This document shows positions 1-34,700 of a DNA stretch of 64,000 nt, piece after piece. The DNA comes from Lytechinus pictus (taxonomy: Eukaryota). Under the pieces are notes generated by a model. It did not search any database and was not told where the DNA came from. It saw only the letters and a list, made by a program, of their open reading frames with translations. The stretch's first letter is position 1, and each line of letters opens with the position of its first letter. The position numbers and the translations under genes are program-made. Location of the stretch: the NCBI RefSeq assembly GCF_037042905.1, contig NC_087252.1, positions 4,590,001-4,654,000 of the forward strand, written 5' to 3'.

Positions 1-144
1 CCTGGGGCATGTTATCGACGTTTTCGTCAGACAGGTTGTCAGATCTGACAACTTTCCTTGATTTTGATTGGCCAAGTAGCACTGTTGCTATGGTAACTGT
101 GGGATAAAATGACCGAGAAATCCTGTATAATGAAAAGCTCCCCT
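1..144. mobile_element. MITE (family also at 39302-39605)
   Basis: gttgtcagatctgacaactttccttgattttgattgg core; end atgaaaagctcccctg. Confidence 0.65.
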
Positions 145-2093
145 GATAGCAATAGCCCATCCATGGTGAACATGAGGCTCGGTAACGAACAAGATACAAA
201 TAATAGATGATTTACACAGGAATATACATTTGAAATGCTCACTTTCCACGAATAGCACGAAGTAACACTAAGAGTTAAACCCCAAATCATTTGATCCATG
301 AAGAGGATCAAATGACGATTTAGATTTATTCATTTTCACAGAAAACAGTGCAAGGTAATTACATACTAGCATACATTCATTGCAAGAGCATATCCAAAGA
401 TAAACAAAGTGTAGAAGAAAACATGGATTGTTGTTTTGATTCATATACGAAAAATTGTAATACGTACATGACATCAATCAAATACATGACATGTAAATGT
501 CTGTGGAAATAGGGAATCTGCTGAAAAAATATTTTTTGTAGGAATTGACCCCCCCCAAAAAAAAAAAAAAAATCAAGATGATTTGGCGTTCAGGCCTGTT
601 GTAAGACGAGCGAATTAATCATTTGTTGATTACACAACCTCATTCTAGATAGGCGTTCTGGGAAATGCGAGCAGTGTGAACAGTTCTGATTGTGAATCGC
701 GAGTCTGATAAACCAACGTCAATTTGCAGGAAGAATCTGCCACAAAGACAGGGAAAATTTTCAGAAATGACTTTATTGATCAGTTATTGTTGGTGAAGTA
801 AAATAGAATTGAGAACCGGTGGTAACAGCTCAGATTTTGAGCACGTTTGCTTCAACGATTACGATATCTCGTAACAGAACTACCAACATCCAGCGTGAGT
901 AAGTGAAGATCCGATCTTAATTTGATTTGTAAGTTCAGATTTAGATCTTATACTGTGAACAAAATAAAGATGATAGTTGTGTGACTGAGGTAACATTTTC
1001 TTAACTTTCGTAGCGGTTCTACAAATTATCACTATAAATCTACGACTTAGATTAAAATAACTTTGAATGGTGTAAATAGGAATGGTTAAAAGGCTTCGAT
1101 TCGCAAGTTTGCACGTTGTTCTTTTCTCGTTTATCTTGCCTCTCTTTGTGTTCTTTGTAATGATTTCACTCAGCCAACTACTTGAAATATTCAACTCCAA
1201 GAAAATGATATTTTTGGTATATATAATTTTTACATATTCTTGACTTTCTTGCCAAGCCTTGATTTTTTTTTACAAGTTGTTAAAATTATCTTTATACAAA
1301 ACCTCCAATGCCAAATTCAAGCAATCATTAACTCAGTATCGCACGAGGTATAAAAAGAAACAAGATCATGTATCATAATCCAAAAAGAAAATTGAGCACG
1401 AGATTTGATATCATTTGGCATCACGCCATCAAACTTCCTTGTTATCAAAATTCAAATTTACAAGTTGTTCTAAAACAATGATACAATATTAAGCAAAATT
1501 TACTTGATCGCATTGATTATCATAATTAATCGCATATCTTCTCTGAATAAATAAATTTCAATGAGATAAGATGAATACATGAAGAATTGGTACATGTTGG
1601 TACGGGTTGAATAATTGTGTTTGAGTAAGCGTACATGAATAATTTTTAAATTGCTTATGTATGCGACAATTGATTAATTTTTAGGTAGATCGATGGTAAA
1701 CTAGGAATATAAAACAAACAAAAGGAAAATAATGGCTTCAAAATGAAGGTTATAATAATCGAGAGTACTGTGACCACCTATGGAATGGTTCATTGGTATA
1801 GGCTAAGTAAGGGAACGCCATCTTTTAATTTCGGTCACGGGGATATTTTGGAAAGTTCTTGAACACAATATGATAAATTTACGCGGATTTATCAAGACAT
1901 CAACTTAACAACATTTAACTTTTTTCTTTCAACCGTATGGGGCCGCGTATCTCATGATTTACATTTTTTTTAATATCGTCTAAAGACAAGAAAAGATTAT
2001 GTGGTTTCTTCAAAATCCACTAAAATGAAGAAAAAAAAATAACAAAGATACTAAATGCATGTTCCCACACTCGTCCCACAAGAGCTATATACA

Positions 2094-2289
2094 CACTCTT
2101 AAAATGCTGGGCAACACAATGTCCACGCAACAATTGGTTAACAAATTATCCAACTCTAGGTAGTTTTTAACCAATACAGTGTAGTTTTCACCCAAAGCAC
2201 TCATTATTGGTTTAAAACTACCCAGAATTGGAATTGAAGTTTTAACCAATAATGTTGCGTGGACAGTATGTTGCCCAACATTAAGAGTG
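2094..2289. mobile_element. MITE with CACT...AGTG termini and 2-bp TSD
   Basis: TIR cactcttaa..tgctgggcaaca..tgtccacgcaaca; related elements at 13896-14131, ~20163-20376, 26533-26774. Confidence 0.72.
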
Positions 2290-3429
2290 CAGTCTTATTT
2301 TAAATATGCTCAGTAATGTCTAATCAAAATTATTCTCTTTGCAAGCATTGGCGTTACAAGTGAAATATACTTTGCTGGAAAAATATATATATCCTTTTCT
2401 GTACAGAACAGGGTAGAAAATAAATAAAATGCAAATAATGTAGGCAGCGGTGAATCTTTCCCCTCCCTTTTTCATAGTTTTTTTTATCTTTTTCATTTAT
2501 TTTCCACTCCTGTACATTATGTTTATTTCTTATACTTTGGTACAATAAAATAACACATATAGCATATCTTATCAAAATATACTTGATAGGTCCTTGCAAA
2601 TAAATACCCAAATATATAGCAAATAGCATTATCTCTCGTATTTGTTCAGAATTGTCTGGCTCTTCGACAAAACTAATAAATATTGGGCAAAGCTTGTACC
2701 TCATTCTGATTTCAAATTTTGTGATTAATGATATTTGCTCATACATCAGTTTCATTTGATTATAGTTTTTACTGGCAAAAGAGAATCCAACACTTATATT
2801 GATAATTATTGAAAGGTTTATATAAGGGAAAGCGGAAGCTGTTGCCTTTATTTTATTGTCAGAATAGACATTGGTAAACAAAGTCTTTTATTTTATTTTT
2901 AATTCCCAGTCAGATTCCTCATTAAATATTTTATTTTGGTGTAAAAAGCTATAATCAATGAACTGGCCTTTTGTATTTTTTTATATGTTTGAAAATGTTT
3001 GTCTTAACTTCAAATTGTTTACCATTCATATGTTTGTAATATATATATTTATGTTGTAGCCCTTCAATGATAAGACTCATTTACTGATGAGGCCACCCTG
3101 CTAAAATAAGTCTTATGAATGAATGAATAAATAAATAAATAGATAAATACATACATGAATTAGAAATAAATAAATAAAATTTCGGCTCTTGTATGGCCTA
3201 GGTTATAGCGAACAATGGGTCATAGATTCATCATCATCATCACCATCATTCTTAGTTTATTATTTTTATCATTATTATTATTGTTGTTGTTGTTGTTGTT
3301 GATATAACTATTGCCATCATCATCATCATCATCACTTTGCTCCATCGGTTTGATTGCAAAACTGCATGGAATTCTTATTCTCTCGCCAAATAGATGGCGT
3401 AACACTATTAGCATAACTGCATGTGAACA

Positions 3430-3770
3430 GGCCCATTTACGTAATCACGTGATTCTTACTGTAAACGGGCGGGGATCGATCCCATGTATGAATGATAATC
3501 CCCTCAGTAAAAAAAGAAAGATTTGCGGTAGATAACTAGGTTAACAGGCCCGGTTTTACATTGTATGTTGACTTGACCCGAGAAAGAAGAAATGAAAACA
3601 ACACTCTTTTAATCATTTACTACTGGGTGCAATGCACATTGGCAGAATCTCGTGTTGGTCGACTTTAATTTGCGAGATTGAAGCAAGTGGAGTCCAGGCC
3701 TGAAGTAAAACGGGTAAAATTTTCATCAAATTCGAATTGGCTGTTTCTGTACCAACTAACCTTTAAAAAG
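3430..3770 (+). promoter_or_regulatory. Possible ABCH promoter and non-coding first exon
   Basis: Palindromic E-box aatcacgtgatt (~3443), GC box gggcgggg (~3467), donor aag/gtaac at 3770; no transcript evidence. Confidence 0.25.
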
Positions 3771-4108
3771 GTAACACATTTATATTTCTATTTTTTTCTT
3801 GAAGATGCGCATAGCAAGTCCTCTTTTTATTTTAATTAATCATGCAGGGCCTATTCTAATCTTGAGGCAGAAACAATGTTAAGTCTAAAATATTGTTAAT
3901 TCAACATTTTTGCATCCCAATTTCGATGACTTTTCATGGATTTTCTCGTTTATAATTATAAACAGCTTTAGATTTAGAGCGACTTTTGGGCAAAATTATT
4001 GCTATGCGCTTGCGCGCTAGAGATATTTCTTGTCTTGATACGGGTATTGGTGTATTAAACAATTTTTTTTTTCAATTGGTCATTGTCACTTAAAGCTCAA
4101 GGCATAAG

Positions 4109-4657
4109 GCTGAAAATTTCGTCAAAATCGGATGTAAAGTAAGAAAGTTATGACATTTTAAAGTTTTGCTATTTTTTTACAAAATATATAGTTATACATT
4201 TGATATGCAAATGAGAGTGTCGACGATGTCCCTCACTTTTGTTTGTTTTTTATTGTTTGAATCATACAATATTTTATTTTACAGATTTGACAATAATGAC
4301 CCACTTGAATGGCCCATAAAATGTTTAACAATGGTATTTCCACATGTTCAGAGAGGAATAAAACTTTGTTTCACATGATAATGAGGAGAAAGTTAAAATA
4401 TCTAATATTTCATAAATCATCATCATCCGTTAAAGTACAGTCCACCAGGTTGGTGTATCATCGTACTCGTTGAATATAAAAGAAATAGTGAGTTAAGTAT
4501 ACGTATATAATATTCATTCATTGTTCATAAATAGACATTCGTCTTGTCATGCCGTGCAAAAACATAATAAAGGCAACACATTATACAAAATAGTGTTATT
4601 TTTGTTAGATTTTTTCTTTTTATTCAATTTAACTTTCTATTGGGTTGGACTTGTCCT
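4109..4657. mobile_element. Partial TTAA-type MITE (one end preserved)
   Basis: Ends ggacttgtcct+ttaa; related fragments near 27150-27260 and 56560-56770. Confidence 0.5.
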
Positions 4658-5092
4658 TTAACATCTTTAAAAAAATGTTTGTAAACGAGGACCAGGTTGT
4701 CTCTCGATTTCCTTCTTTAAAGAGAGATTCACGAAACTCGGTTCAATTTTAATATTTTGTACAGCCTCGGTCTTTGAAAAAAAAAACTTAGGAACAGAAT
4801 TTGAAGTAGAGAATCTTTTTCAGTTCATATAAATATTCGTTATCTAACTTTGCATGTAGTAGATAAGATACACGCGTGCAGGTGATGTAATCTAACTGAA
4901 TAAGGTGATAAAACGGATTATAGGATTAAGGTGTGTCTTTAAATTACTACAACTAACGTAATAATCGGAGAATGCCTTTGTAATATGTATAATTTTATAT
5001 GCTATCAAGTTGTTGGGTAATTACGGCTGTTGTTGTACGGCTAGCAACATACAAGAGGCGTTTCATAAAGTTTCTCACAACGATCGTATTTC

Positions 5093-5102
5093 ATTGATTG
5101 AC

Positions 5103-5135
<33 letters not shown>

Positions 5136-5144
5136 GTTTGTTTG

Positions 5145-5210
<66 letters not shown>
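5093..5210. repeat. (GATT)n microsatellite
   Basis: Direct reading. Confidence 0.95.
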
Positions 5211-5211
<1 letters not shown>

Positions 5212-7584
5212 CTCAAGGATTGAGTGAAATCACAAATAATTTGAAAGTTGACAATTCGGTCAAATCAGGGGCAGTACCAGGATCATTTAATATGGGGTAA
5301 GACGTGTTAATGCTGCATGACGTCATATTGTTTTTCTCAATTGAATTTTAGATATCATTAAAGAGCTATATGTCTCAGGCCTCTCCTTTTTAAGGACTTC
5401 TTCTTTTCTTACTTTCTTTATCGCCATCTTTTGTCTCTTTTCTCATCTTATTTTCCCCCTTTTTCCACTACTCGACAACATCATAGGGGCGACCTTTCCC
5501 CATGCCACCCCTGGTTTAATTCATCAGTGATTTATTTGCGAGTATATTAATATTTTCATGCTTTGATAAAGTAAATGAACATTTATTTAATAGCGATCTG
5601 CATTCAACCAACTCTCTAGAACCTATAAAAGCTAGGGATTTTTTTGGGGGGTTGGGGTTGAATATGTTTCCATGATTTTAGGATGATAAGAAAAATATAT
5701 TCTTTGGACGATTGTACCATGGACCTATGACGAGATGGACGATTAATTCGAACATTTCTTTGATCCAATGATAGTCACCGTCAACTGGTTATGCATCTTG
5801 ATAAGAACATACAGGTGTTGCGCCAATAGCAATTACTATGACTACCAAGACGTATCTGATATCCTGGTTCAGCATGTGCCTTTCAATCAACTTGCTTCAC
5901 ATTTGGAGCAGCAAATTTGAGAAGCAGACGATTTCTGTGATATAAGATATGATATTAATCGATCCGGACACTTCCGGCCGCACGTATAAGGACTTCAATA
6001 ACATTGAGTGATACACGATCTTTACACGTTATGTGCCACGTATATCTGGAATATTATGGAGAAACTTGGGAAAATTTGATTTTAAATGGAGACAATTTTG
6101 CCTCTATATTAAAATAGGCAGACACTTTCCCAAATAAAATACATGGAACTAAGAACACCAAATGTAAACAAGAACTGCACGTCGATTTTCCATGATATTA
6201 GTGATTTGTTATCAACTGCGCATACAATCTGTGAAATATAAAGTTCCAATCAAGAACTGCTTCAGGCCCTTCTCATGGTAACGATCATAGGACCAAAGTA
6301 TAAAGAGAATGTTATTCAGATGACAATAACAGTCACCTGTTAGTGAATTCATTATCTAAGCGATGAATGTCCATCTCCTCATAAGTCGATTATCGTCCCC
6401 GTGATTGTCATGAAACGACCAGATGAGTCATGCATACAAGTCGCAATTGCTTTAAGACTTCTGTTCGTAACACAAGTGGGTGGAGATTGTTTCGCTCTTT
6501 GGTGTGAGCAAGGAGTGCTGGTAACTCCTTCATGTGAGTGATCTCCATGGAGTGATGCTGTGGCAGAGTGGGTGTTCTCGCCAATGACTTTAGCCTATGT
6601 CAGGCTGCTTTTGGGCATTAATCTGAGGAAGTATGGATGCTTGAGCTTGACATATTACTGCTCTGGATTGTAAGAAAGTCAACAGTTGCTCAAATAAGAA
6701 AGGGTGCATCTCTTAGTTACAATCAACTATATGCATTAGTCATCTCTCCAAGAAAATTATCGGACCAATATACCGTACAGAAACAAACGAGAACGTTCTG
6801 ATATTGAATGAACCCAGGACCTGCCACTTTCGGGACCTCATCTATAGGTCCACCGATAATGCTTTCTAATATCGTCTGTGTCTGTCTTTTGGGATTATCT
6901 TGGTTCGTGTGTTATTGATATAGGCGGAACATACCTGTTGTGGTGATAGAGGGGTAATTGGACAATATATTTTGCATTCCTGCTTCCAGAAAATGGTTTG
7001 TAATCATTCCTAACTTATTGTTTCTTATTTAATTGCAGTAGTAAAAAACGCGCTTAATAATTTATTTTGCTTTTGACACTAATCATAAGAAATAGTCCAG
7101 TGCAAATTCAATGTCAAAATCATGCAATCAAAACCGATCAACTCCTTGGAGACTTAATATTACATTTGGCATTGCTCTCACATCTATATTCGCAGGTTAT
7201 AGCTCTGACGTTAAAATGCATGTATGTGATATTTGACATCGATTTTAAGTACACTGACGCTAAGGTAGATCTGGCCCCCCAAAAAAATCCACAGTAAATT
7301 TGGCCTTCAAACTGCATTTTGTATGCGAGTTAGAGCTATGATATGATATATTCCTAAGTAGAAACATTCAATGTGGCTAAGATATATATACCCCCCCCCC
7401 CCCCAAGAAGACCCCTTGTTCGAAAAGTGCCACAATTTATTGTTATTCGTCTCCATACTGAATAAAATTTTACATGAACAAAAATATTGGAAACAGTGTT
7501 AGCTATGAATAATACATTTTCCTAATTGTATAAATAATTACAATTTCCGGGATTGAAATGAATCCAATGACCGGGGTAATAATA

Positions 7585-7655
7585 TGCCGTAAAGCGCTTT
7601 GAGCCGTTCTAGGAAAAGCGCTATATAAAAACTGGCTATTATTATTATTATTATC
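7585..7655 (+). mobile_element. L2-type LINE/SINE 3' tail
   Basis: gtaaagcgctttgag...aagcgctatataaaaactggc(tat)n, just upstream of the ABCH exon acceptor. Confidence 0.55.
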
Positions 7656-7695
7656 ATTGTCATTATTTCCATTTCATTTTCACCAGGATTCCTTC

Positions 7696-27917
<20,222 letters not shown>

Positions 27918-29078
27918 ATCTTCCTTCATAGGACCTGGGTCCAGTTTACATAAAGACCTCTTTTTTGTACATGAACAATTTTTATAACAAGTTAACTATA
28001 ATCCAATCAAAGTGAATCATTTCAGTAACCTTAGCTTGAAACTGTTATTTCAAGATTCAAGATCATTTATTGTCATGTATAAAAAATATTAGCCAAAAGT
28101 TTATTATAACATATTTTAGGAAATGGGCACCAGTATATCTGCATCGCCATTTGACTTTATCAGAGGGGGGGGGGGTCGCAAGGTGACTTTAAACAGAGGC
28201 AATGCCAGGGTATGTTTATTGTGGATGGGGGACAAGACGACCCAAACTACTAGTAACAAAATGTGTAGGCATTTTTTTTTCTCAATTGAACTAATGAATG
28301 TGGCCCTCTTTCTACCCTTCTTTGACCAGACTTCTTTTTCTCCGTTTTCGTTTCTCCTCTCCTCACCCACCCCCCCCCCCCGCCCCACTATGGTAACCAT
28401 GGGGAATGGCACCCTCCCATCTGCGTCTTGTTGGGGGCTGCGCCTCGACTTAATTGGAATATAACTATGGCCAGAGTGAATTTACAAGAAAGCTATTTTT
28501 TGTTATTATAATAATAAACATTGCGCCTCAGAATAGATTATTTATAGTTATTATTTAAAATTGTGCTAATACATACATTAATTAAATAATCATTGATAAT
28601 CTGTGTATTACCATCATCATTTTTTTTCCTGTATTAGTATTGTTATGACTACTTCGAGAGAAAATAAAGAAACTTGGTGATATTGAGTAATAGCACATCT
28701 ATTTACCGAGTATTTTTGGCAAAAAAATATTCCAAGTCATATTCTTATTGTACTTATGTTACAAGAAATTTTTAAAAATCAAAATTTATTCAATATTTCA
28801 GATATTAAAGACAATTACTGTGTATATAGTGTTTGTATTCCATCCAGTATGTACATTCATGTGAATATTAATTTATTGTATATAGCATTTTCATTTCCAA
28901 TATGATTATACTGAAACATTTCAATGAAACAGATTGCAATCAAAGCACTGTAAAATAGATAAAAGATGAAAAATTTAAGTTTCATGACAATCAACTGACA
29001 TTATTCTTCCTTGGTGAGATAATTTAGACTATCAAAGAAATCACAGGGATATATAGCAATTACTTCATAATGCTTTAA

Positions 29079-30006
29079 GGACGTTCCACAGTTATGTTTG
29101 TGCGCATTATGATCTGCGCATAGTTTACACTCTGCGCGCTGACGTCACAATGGATGAACAGGTGATTAACTAGCTGCGGGTACGAGCTGATTTTTCTCAT
29201 CTTCTGCACTTTAACTGCAGATCCGATGCGATATTTCATGAAGCTAAAAAATGGAATTATTCCAAGGACCATTAAAAAAAAAATCTATACAATTTCAAAA
29301 TACTGTAGTGCTGCCAAGAATCACGAATATTACCCCGAGTTTGAATAAATAGTAGAGTGGTTTTGATTTTTTCTTCACATAGATACAAAGCATTCGGCGC
29401 ATTTTTGGTGTTTTAAAAAGCACATTTGCTCTAATAAAAATGCTGATAGTTTAAAAACAAGCACATGAACCCCTATTTTTTAATGTTTGTACCTCTTAGA
29501 TATACCTTCCTCTACAACTCTGCAAATTTTGGTGAAAATGTCATGGATTTTGAATAAAGTGCAGCATTTATTGTACTTTTGTAGTTTGTTACTGGAATCT
29601 CACATTTCTTAGATTGGGATTTTGTTATCTTTTACGCCATTTTTAAGAACTGACAGTGCTGTTAAACTCAAAATTGCAAACAAGTAGCACTATAAATAGA
29701 TTCTCCATTCTAACGATAGAATTATTAACTCTCTTGCAAAATTTGATGACTTTTTCATGTATTTTGACTGAGTAATAGAGGTTTAAACTCATTGTAGTAA
29801 TCTTGGGCGGTCTAAAAATACAAAATTCTTTTGAATGCGCAATTCTTAAGAACATCAATTTGGGTGAATTTTGAAGCTCTATAGCAAAAAATCAAGCACA
29901 TGGACCTATGTTAATTTTTGCATATTTCGAATATTAAGGTTCTAAAGTATCTATGTGCAAAGTTTGGTGAAAATGACATGGATTTCACTTTAACTGTGGA
30001 ACGTCC
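29079..30006. mobile_element. Kolobok-like non-autonomous DNA transposon
   Basis: TTAA TSD; TIR GGACGTTCCACAGTTA / TAACTGTGGAACGTCC (purine-purine termini). Confidence 0.8.
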
Positions 30007-31234
30007 TTAAATACTTAATTACATAGTCAGCTATGACAAAACAAAACGGGTTTACTCCTTTTGCTCTTTATCTGTATCATTTCATTTAGATGTAAGGTTA
30101 TTTTGTATTTCAGAAAACAGTAGGCTTTGATAATTCTTTTCATGTGAAAATATAATAAGTTACGGATAGCTGACCAAAGAAACTTCTTTCAGTACTTGAT
30201 ACCGTGGTCAATTTCTACAGAAACAGAGGTCACTTTTCTTTTCAAGGATATTTTTTTTTCTTCCTTGATAACGCAGATTGAAACATCCAAGTCTTTTCAA
30301 TAGTGTACATGTAATCTGCTACCTCTTGATTGTGTGAATAATATAAATATGTGCAACATGTCCACTTTTGCGCAGAATGTAAGAGAGAGTAACGTCAAGA
30401 CTGGTTAAATAAAAATATGTTTATTATAAAGATTCTGAGCGTACTCATGCATTTTTTTAAATCTTTTTAAATGTATATACACACTGTATAACTATATATT
30501 TTTACTAGGAACTTTTACAATTTCTTTCACCATGTGTAATACATGTATGCCAAATAATAGTACATGTATTTGAAATGTACAGTGTAATTATCAAGCAGTG
30601 TTAATTACACCTTGTATAATTCTGTAATCTATTTTTGATAATTGGATGAATTTTATGATCAGAATGATAGCTTGATAGTGCAATGATCTATAACTATTAT
30701 TTGCAATAAAGTGTACTATCATTTGCCAAAGAATGATACAAGTGGTCTGTCTATTTCATGTTTTCATCTCGTAATAGGGCCTAAAGACAAGTTTTAAATA
30801 CGTTAACACCCACCGCCCCCCCCCCCCTAATCTCACATTAAAATAAAGTCAAATTTAAAAACATTTAAAACCAGCTACAAACAACTATATTTATATATTC
30901 AAATCAAGCACTCTAATTTTAAGTAATAAACTGTATATTTTCAGCAGACTTGTCATAATTATTACATAAGTATTATTGCTACTTACAATATATTTTGCAT
31001 GTTACAATGAATGTTTAATGGGTATCACCACCAAATGAGATGTTTTTTTTTTCTCTTGCTGATTATGCATGTTTAACTTTGCTCCTTTATTATTGTCTCT
31101 TGGTGTCTTATGTTTGTTTTAATGCATTTTTGTCGATTTTTTTATTATCATATGATGAATGAAATCAATTAAAATTGAATAATGATCAATGTAACCTAGT
31201 AAATTGATCAGCTCTATGATTACATGTGAAGGTT

Positions 31235-31716
31235 TGTGAAACAGGGTCCAAATAGTGATTTTTTAATCAACCAATCAGATTTAAGAATTTCAGTAGCTAT
31301 TAACTGTTATTACAAGTTTGGTATCATAAGTTTTATGAAACAGGTCCCTAAATGGGTTGAAACAGACAACAAATGAAAATGTGCCTGGATCCCATTTCAT
31401 AAAACTTTGTGTTAAAATAACAAGTACACATTTTCTATAACAAGTTAACTATCAGCCAATCAGATTGAAGGATTTCAGTAGCTTTTAACTGTCATTGCAA
31501 ATTTGTTATTACAGCAAGTAGTATGAAATGGGTCCTTGAATAAAGACTTGTTATAACAACAAATTAACAGTTTCTATAACAAAGATTTACTATCATCCAA
31601 TCTGGTTGAAGGATTTCAGTAGCTTTTAACTGTTATTGCAAGTTTGTTATTATAACAAGTTTTATGAAACGAGTCCCTGAAACGGTTGAAACAACAGAGA
31701 ACAAATAAAAATGTGC
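31235..31716. repeat. Cluster of MITE copies with a locally duplicated flank
   Basis: Three copies of ccaatcagat..aggatttcagtagcttttaactg..atgaaac.ggtcc; flank ggttgaaaca..aacaaat.aaaatgtgcc repeated at ~31356 and ~31684; family also at ~27935, 36945, 39885, 40136. Confidence 0.65.
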
Positions 31717-34700
31717 CAGTCATTCTGCTGATGTAATATCAATTAACAGTACTTTTATTAATAGTTGATGTCATTAGGCAGGTATGTTCTGTGCTTAACT
31801 ACCGGTAATCAAAACAATAACAATTCTAATAACATATTATTCATCTCACTATACATTATATATATAATCATCCCAGAACATGACGGGGAAAAGGAAAACT
31901 ATGATATATCAGATGAAATATGAAAAAAAAAGTGATGAGATGAGTTGAATTATGGATCAAAAATGAACTCAAATATGTATTCACAAGAGATGTAATATCT
32001 GAGCTTTTTCCGTTGAATAGTCTATGAAGCTCCTGTTTTTATATCATACATCTTACTCTCATATACATAAGGCGGTTAATAAGCCTACTGAATACACAAA
32101 CAAACACTATTTTTTGTACATTAACATTAATGTAAATGTACAGGCCTATTGTATCAATACTGGTGTATGAGCTCTTTACCCAGCAAGCTATGCTCGCCTA
32201 TATTTCTCATCGTTCTGCTCGTCAGTGACATAAAGCATCTAGATAAGAAACATGGGCAGGTATAGCACAGTGCAGTAAAATACTCGTAAATCATGAATAT
32301 TTGGATAACTGATGAAACATAACTACTTGCTCTGGTGTAAGGGTGTAATGAAAAAAGATGACATTTTATATACAAACAAAATAATTCAAGGAACATAATC
32401 AAGCATTCAGGAGGAAGGAGAGAGAAAAGAAATATACAGAATATGTGTTGAGCTATTAATGGCATGTCCATTTCAAAAGGTGGCACACACATAGTATGCC
32501 CAACTCCGTACCATCCACTGCTCAGATCTTATAAAAGAACTTCTAATTTATATTGTGTACAATGTACAATATACCGAGGCGAAAATCGCTCAACGTTTAA
32601 TTTACAAAGGTCAGTGTCTCTGACTTGGCCATGACATACATGTATCAATCACATTTGTACAAATTTTTTACAAAGAATGAATCAATTTAAAATATACAAA
32701 CAACGGAAGGCTGACATCAGCCTCCATATCTACTTTTCAAATATTCTCAACAATGTCATATAAGCATCATAAAATGTGTGTCATCGTGACATCATGAAAT
32801 GTTAAGCCCCATGCAAGGGGCAAATGTAATACTCTAGGCAGTTTGGATAATACATGAAAAATATGATAGTTGTAACAACATGATTTAAAAAAAAATCATT
32901 GATGTAAAGTGCAAGAAGAACGTTTACATGACAGACATGAACAGGTGATACATTTCAACAAATGACATTGTAAGTATAGGACTTGATACGGTAATCGTGG
33001 CGTGATAACGTTTCAGATTTGCAGCAAGAACACATCATGTTGATACAGCTGTGTAGGGCATCAGTACTATATGTGGTCCGATACAAAAATGTGGTGAAAC
33101 TCGGCATGTATTTAAGGGTGCATTTACACGTAACTTTGGCATGTTTTGAAATAAGTTTAGGAAAAAAATTGTGTCATTAAATGAATAAACATAAATCTAG
33201 TATGTTAATCAATTTTGAGAAAATAATGCGGTTTTCCAAAACTTTTAAAGTAGCATTAAACTTAACATATTTTTATGATGTTTCACTTGAAAATTGGAAT
33301 ATGCAACTTATGAATGTTGGGTGAGGTCTGTCATCACCATCTGATAAGTAGACCACAGTCTCTCACAAACAGGTTAGGCATTCAAAGTCCTCACTTGAAT
33401 CCAATCTTAATCGGATATTACTAAATGCGTTCCAAAACATTCTTTTAGCCTTGTAAACTTCAAATGTAAGCTTCAAGTGTAAGCTGAGAATGTTATGTAC
33501 ACACACCCTTTGACAAAGACTCTAGAAATAAAATAATATGACCACATAACATTATTAAGTATTGTGTTAACATATTGCTCATGATAATCGCAACCAATAA
33601 TCATAATCATGGTTAAAGAGAAATCACCTTTACATGCTAACACAACTGAAAAATTCTCCATATTACATAAATGTAGGTAATACTAAAACGGTCACCGACC
33701 ACAACACATCTGACCAATGCTACGTCTGCGTAGGACAAGTGTGATAAAAATCAATATTTACACAACAAATTGCTTACAATCTTTGGTGACTTTTTTTCTC
33801 CAATTTAAAGCTTTAAATGCCTGCATCTATCGCTTTCATTGAGGCCTTAGAAAATAATCACCCATTGCTTCTACTCAGTCAAAGGGTCGTATTTCAAACT
33901 CTGGTTTCTCTTAAATTGTGGGATAAATCTGTAACTCACAATGAGCCAGAGAGTATGACACGATTCTCATACATAAAACTCAATTTATGATCACATTTGG
34001 AGTTCAGACAACTAAGAATTGACCAAAAATGATCATCACCACTACAATAGCTCCCCTCAATATCAATAGAAAAGAACCTTAGAAAACACCAGAAAAACAT
34101 AAAGTGTAAATAATGTGTGACACTTTGGGTTAACAAAATTTGAACACAAAACTAGCTAGTTACTTGCGATCAATTGCAAGTCTATTCGGTTTCTTGCAAA
34201 AGGATTGTTATCTCTTTGCTAGAGCTAAAATCGATCGATCGATCAATTGTGAATTTGAACAGAATATTTGCAATCGATTGCAATTATTTTCTTGCAACGC
34301 ACCCCTCAGACAGTTGAAGCCAGAGTTCAGAACACAAACCAAACCCATTTACTTCTCCCACAGGTTGACTGGGCATATTAACCACATCAATCATGACTCT
34401 TGAATGAAAATATGATGTTCAACTACAATGGCACAAGAATGATGAAAATATTCAACAAAATACTAACTCTGGAATATGACATAGCCAGCCCGACAATCAA
34501 GTAAGAAAATAATATGACATAAAAAAACAAACTTGAACAATGGGGTCTGGGGTAGCGCTAAATCCAAAGTGAAACCTGTTCATAGAATGTCTCAAAACTG
34601 CATAATTATTTGCCATTTTTCCATCATTCTATTCTAGCTCCTAGTTAATATTTGTAACAAAGTTCCTATAAAATCTTTTTCAGTATTTACATGAGCTGCA

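Noticed and set aside
2354..2881. 175-aa minus-strand ORF
   Set aside because: Very AT-rich, non-ATG start, no recognisable domain; probably a chance ORF.
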